From: Marsupella aquatica
Taxonomy: Eukaryota > Plantae > Marchantiophyta
Direction of reading: 5' to 3'
DNA length: 64,000 bases
NCBI GenBank assembly: GCA_973895155.1
Contig: OZ316893.1
Coordinates: 10,607,660 to 10,671,659 of the forward strand
A model generated the notes under the pieces. The model was not told where the DNA came from and did not search any database. It saw only the letters and a list, made by a program, of their open reading frames with translations. The translations under genes were made by a program, and so were the position numbers. Positions 61,494-64,000 of this stretch are shown here, in pieces (the first letter of the stretch is position 1; every line of letters begins with the position of its first letter).

Positions 61494-62699
61494 ACCATTT
61501 TGTCTTCACACATAAGGACTAAGGGAGTATATTGTAGAGTATTCTAGCTTGGCATCTCTATAGTTATTATTATTATTATTATATTGTCCTCCAAATTGGG
61601 CAATTTCCATCAAGCATTTTGGGTTTTATAAAGTTTTGAAACCAGGAGTTGGGCACTATGTTGTCCACAGCTAGCTAGCCAGGTTTTGCACAAGTAATCT
61701 ATGTCATGAGTGGAGAATTTTGAGTTTTGTAAACGTCAAATAAGGAACTACCTATTTGTAGACTTGCAGGAATCTAAGAGTGGGGTTCCATACGTGTATA
61801 GGCGCAGAGTCCCGACGTGCACGCTTGTGTGCACGGATGCCTCAACAATAATTAATAACTAATAATTGAAGTACTTGTTTCAATAAAGTATAACCTTACA
61901 AGATAAACATTTCATAGAACTATTGAAAAACTTTACAAAGGTTTAGGAAGTGATTACCCTAAGGACTGCTCCCCTCCTGTCCCAGATGTTATTGTACACC
62001 CTAATCATCAAGCTTTCTTGGCCACCTTTGCCCCACTCACTCAAGAACTGCTCAACTTGTTCTCTCTGCTCCATTGAAATACCAAATGGAAATAGAATTC
62101 TTGGAACCATATGAGCTCTGAAAGGATACATAGTACAAGTTTGGTCACTCCAAATCCAAAAAGAACTCACAACATCTATTAGCACCTTAGACACACATTC
62201 CCATTGACAATGTCGTGGTAGCTAAACAATCTTATGCAGCATTGAAGTTTGAATTTTGTGCATGTTTGCCAATGTCTCCTTGTAATCTTTCACCTGGTTC
62301 TTCAATGCCTCATAATGTAACCTGTCAAAGCACCAAGGCCATCCCCCTATCTCTTGTATCAATAAACAAATATAATCAAAATCATACTCAGTGCAAAAGC
62401 ATGATAGTTTAAAACTTACATACGCAATTCAGAATACTCTCACCAACTAGGCTTTCACACATATGCAATTACAAATGTTACATCACACAATACATTGAAC
62501 AAACTAAACTTAAAGAATGGGGGAAAAACATAAAGAATGTAAAAGGGCACCTCAATGGTGACGATTCAGCCTCATCTATGTTATTCTCTCATGTAATATG
62601 TGTATGTGCGTCCTCTGGTATGTTCACGTTTCCATTCTTTGTTCTGCGATTTGCTCGTCTTGTATGCCGTTGACAGCCATTCTCTGTCTTGCGGACTCC

Positions 62700-64000
62700 A
62701 TTTCTGAAAGGATTAGACCACCAGTTGCTCACAGGACGTGGAGTACTCTGTACAAAAGTATCTTATTTTGTGGAAACTTCCTCTGACGATGATCCTATGT
62801 TGACTATAAAAGGGGCCCGGGAAAGCAACACAACCGAGTGACTTTGAAAGTCCTTGAAACCCAATCCCCCATCCACCTTGGGTCTTGAGATTTGAGCCCA
62901 AGAGACCAGCGACACTCTTCTCCCCCCTTCATTGTTATGACCCACATAAAGTCTCTGCACAAAGCTGTCATCTTCGTGCTAGGCTCGTTGACGCTTTCAT
63001 GAACATAGTATGATAAATTGGTATCGCAAGTAAGATATGCCTGACCAGAAGCGAACGCCCCATGAAAATTAACATCTTATTGGACCAAGAAGATAATCTC
63101 TTGCCAATCATATCTAAGCAAAAGCTTGTAGCTATTTTGTCTTCAAGTCAACCCCCCATGGTGCCCCAAGGTATTTTTGAAGCTTCCCCTAGCATTGATC
63201 ACACAACCTATGTTTCTCAGCCACTCCGGAATAATCAGCATTGCCAGCGGCATCACTATAGATTTATGCAAATTTAGCCTAGCCTTAGTGGCCACCTCAC
63301 AACACTGAATCACCTCTGTTACACGTTGAAAGCTTCTCTCTAAACATCCTCATGTCATCCCACACAGGAATCTACAACAAATTGTAAGTTGTTTGGAAAC
63401 TTGGATTCCATCTAACCATCTTGCCCTAATCTCAGCATCCATGAAGTCCATTAAGGGTTGCATTGAAGTGTCGACAAACAGGAGTGGCGAGAGAGGGCAT
63501 CCCTACCTTACCCCCCCCCGGCATAGACCAATTTCCATAGAGATCATCCCATTCACATAGACCCTCGAGGATGCCTACATCACTAACGTCTGCACAAGCT
63601 TGATAGGGTAGGTAATGGTTTGATGCATGGTTTCCCATATGTAGCTCTGACCTACCCTATCAAAAGCCAAGTTCTCGAAGTCCAACTTAAGGAGTAGCGC
63701 TTCAACTCTCCGATTCTTTGCCCAATCAAACATTAGCCATGCCATGAAGATGTTTTCACGTATATTCTTCTTGGAAGGAATCCAGTTTGTTGACTGAGGG
63801 CCTATCAAGCCATGGTAGGATGCGTATTAGCCTAAGTGCCAAAATCTTGGCAATTAACTTGTATATTGTGTTCAGCATAGTAAGTGGCTCCAATTTCTCA
63901 TAAATTCTTGTAAGATTTCTTTGGGATAAATTTCCCTTCTTTGAGCCCTGCAGCCAGGTTACCTGTCAACCAAAATTCCTGCACCATTGCTACCAGATCG
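62700..64000 (-). mobile_element. L1-type LINE reverse transcriptase remnant (runs off the window end)
   Basis: Broken frames encoding NW.PLTMLNTIYKLIAKILA, NIRENIF..LLLKLDFE..AFDRV and VSWAQISRPKVDGGLGFKDF. Many frameshifts and stops. Confidence 0.85.

Overview
Eukaryotic nuclear DNA with GT-AG introns, most likely from a non-seed land plant (bryophyte-like; inferred from gene and TE content, not proven). There are two apparently intact multi-exon genes on the minus strand: a WASH complex subunit 2 (FAM21/WASHC2)-like gene (31714-38037, 11 coding exons, about 1071 aa) and a cationic amino acid transporter of the CAT2/3/4 type (43523-51574, 14 coding exons, about 688 aa). On the plus strand lies an intron-containing, frameshifted and 3'-truncated TIMELESS pseudogene (22694-26696). 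The intergenic space is rich in mobile DNA: a 5'-truncated CRE-clade (RT plus restriction-like endonuclease) non-LTR retrotransposon with a 10-bp target-site duplication and an atypical LSDD catalytic motif, a tRNA-derived SINE with A-rich tail and TSD, L1-type LINE remnants, a decayed TE-associated ORF, an unidentified two-copy decayed coding family and many short tandem duplications. I found no CRISPR array, rRNA or convincing functional tRNA. All exon models were read by eye and no database search was run.
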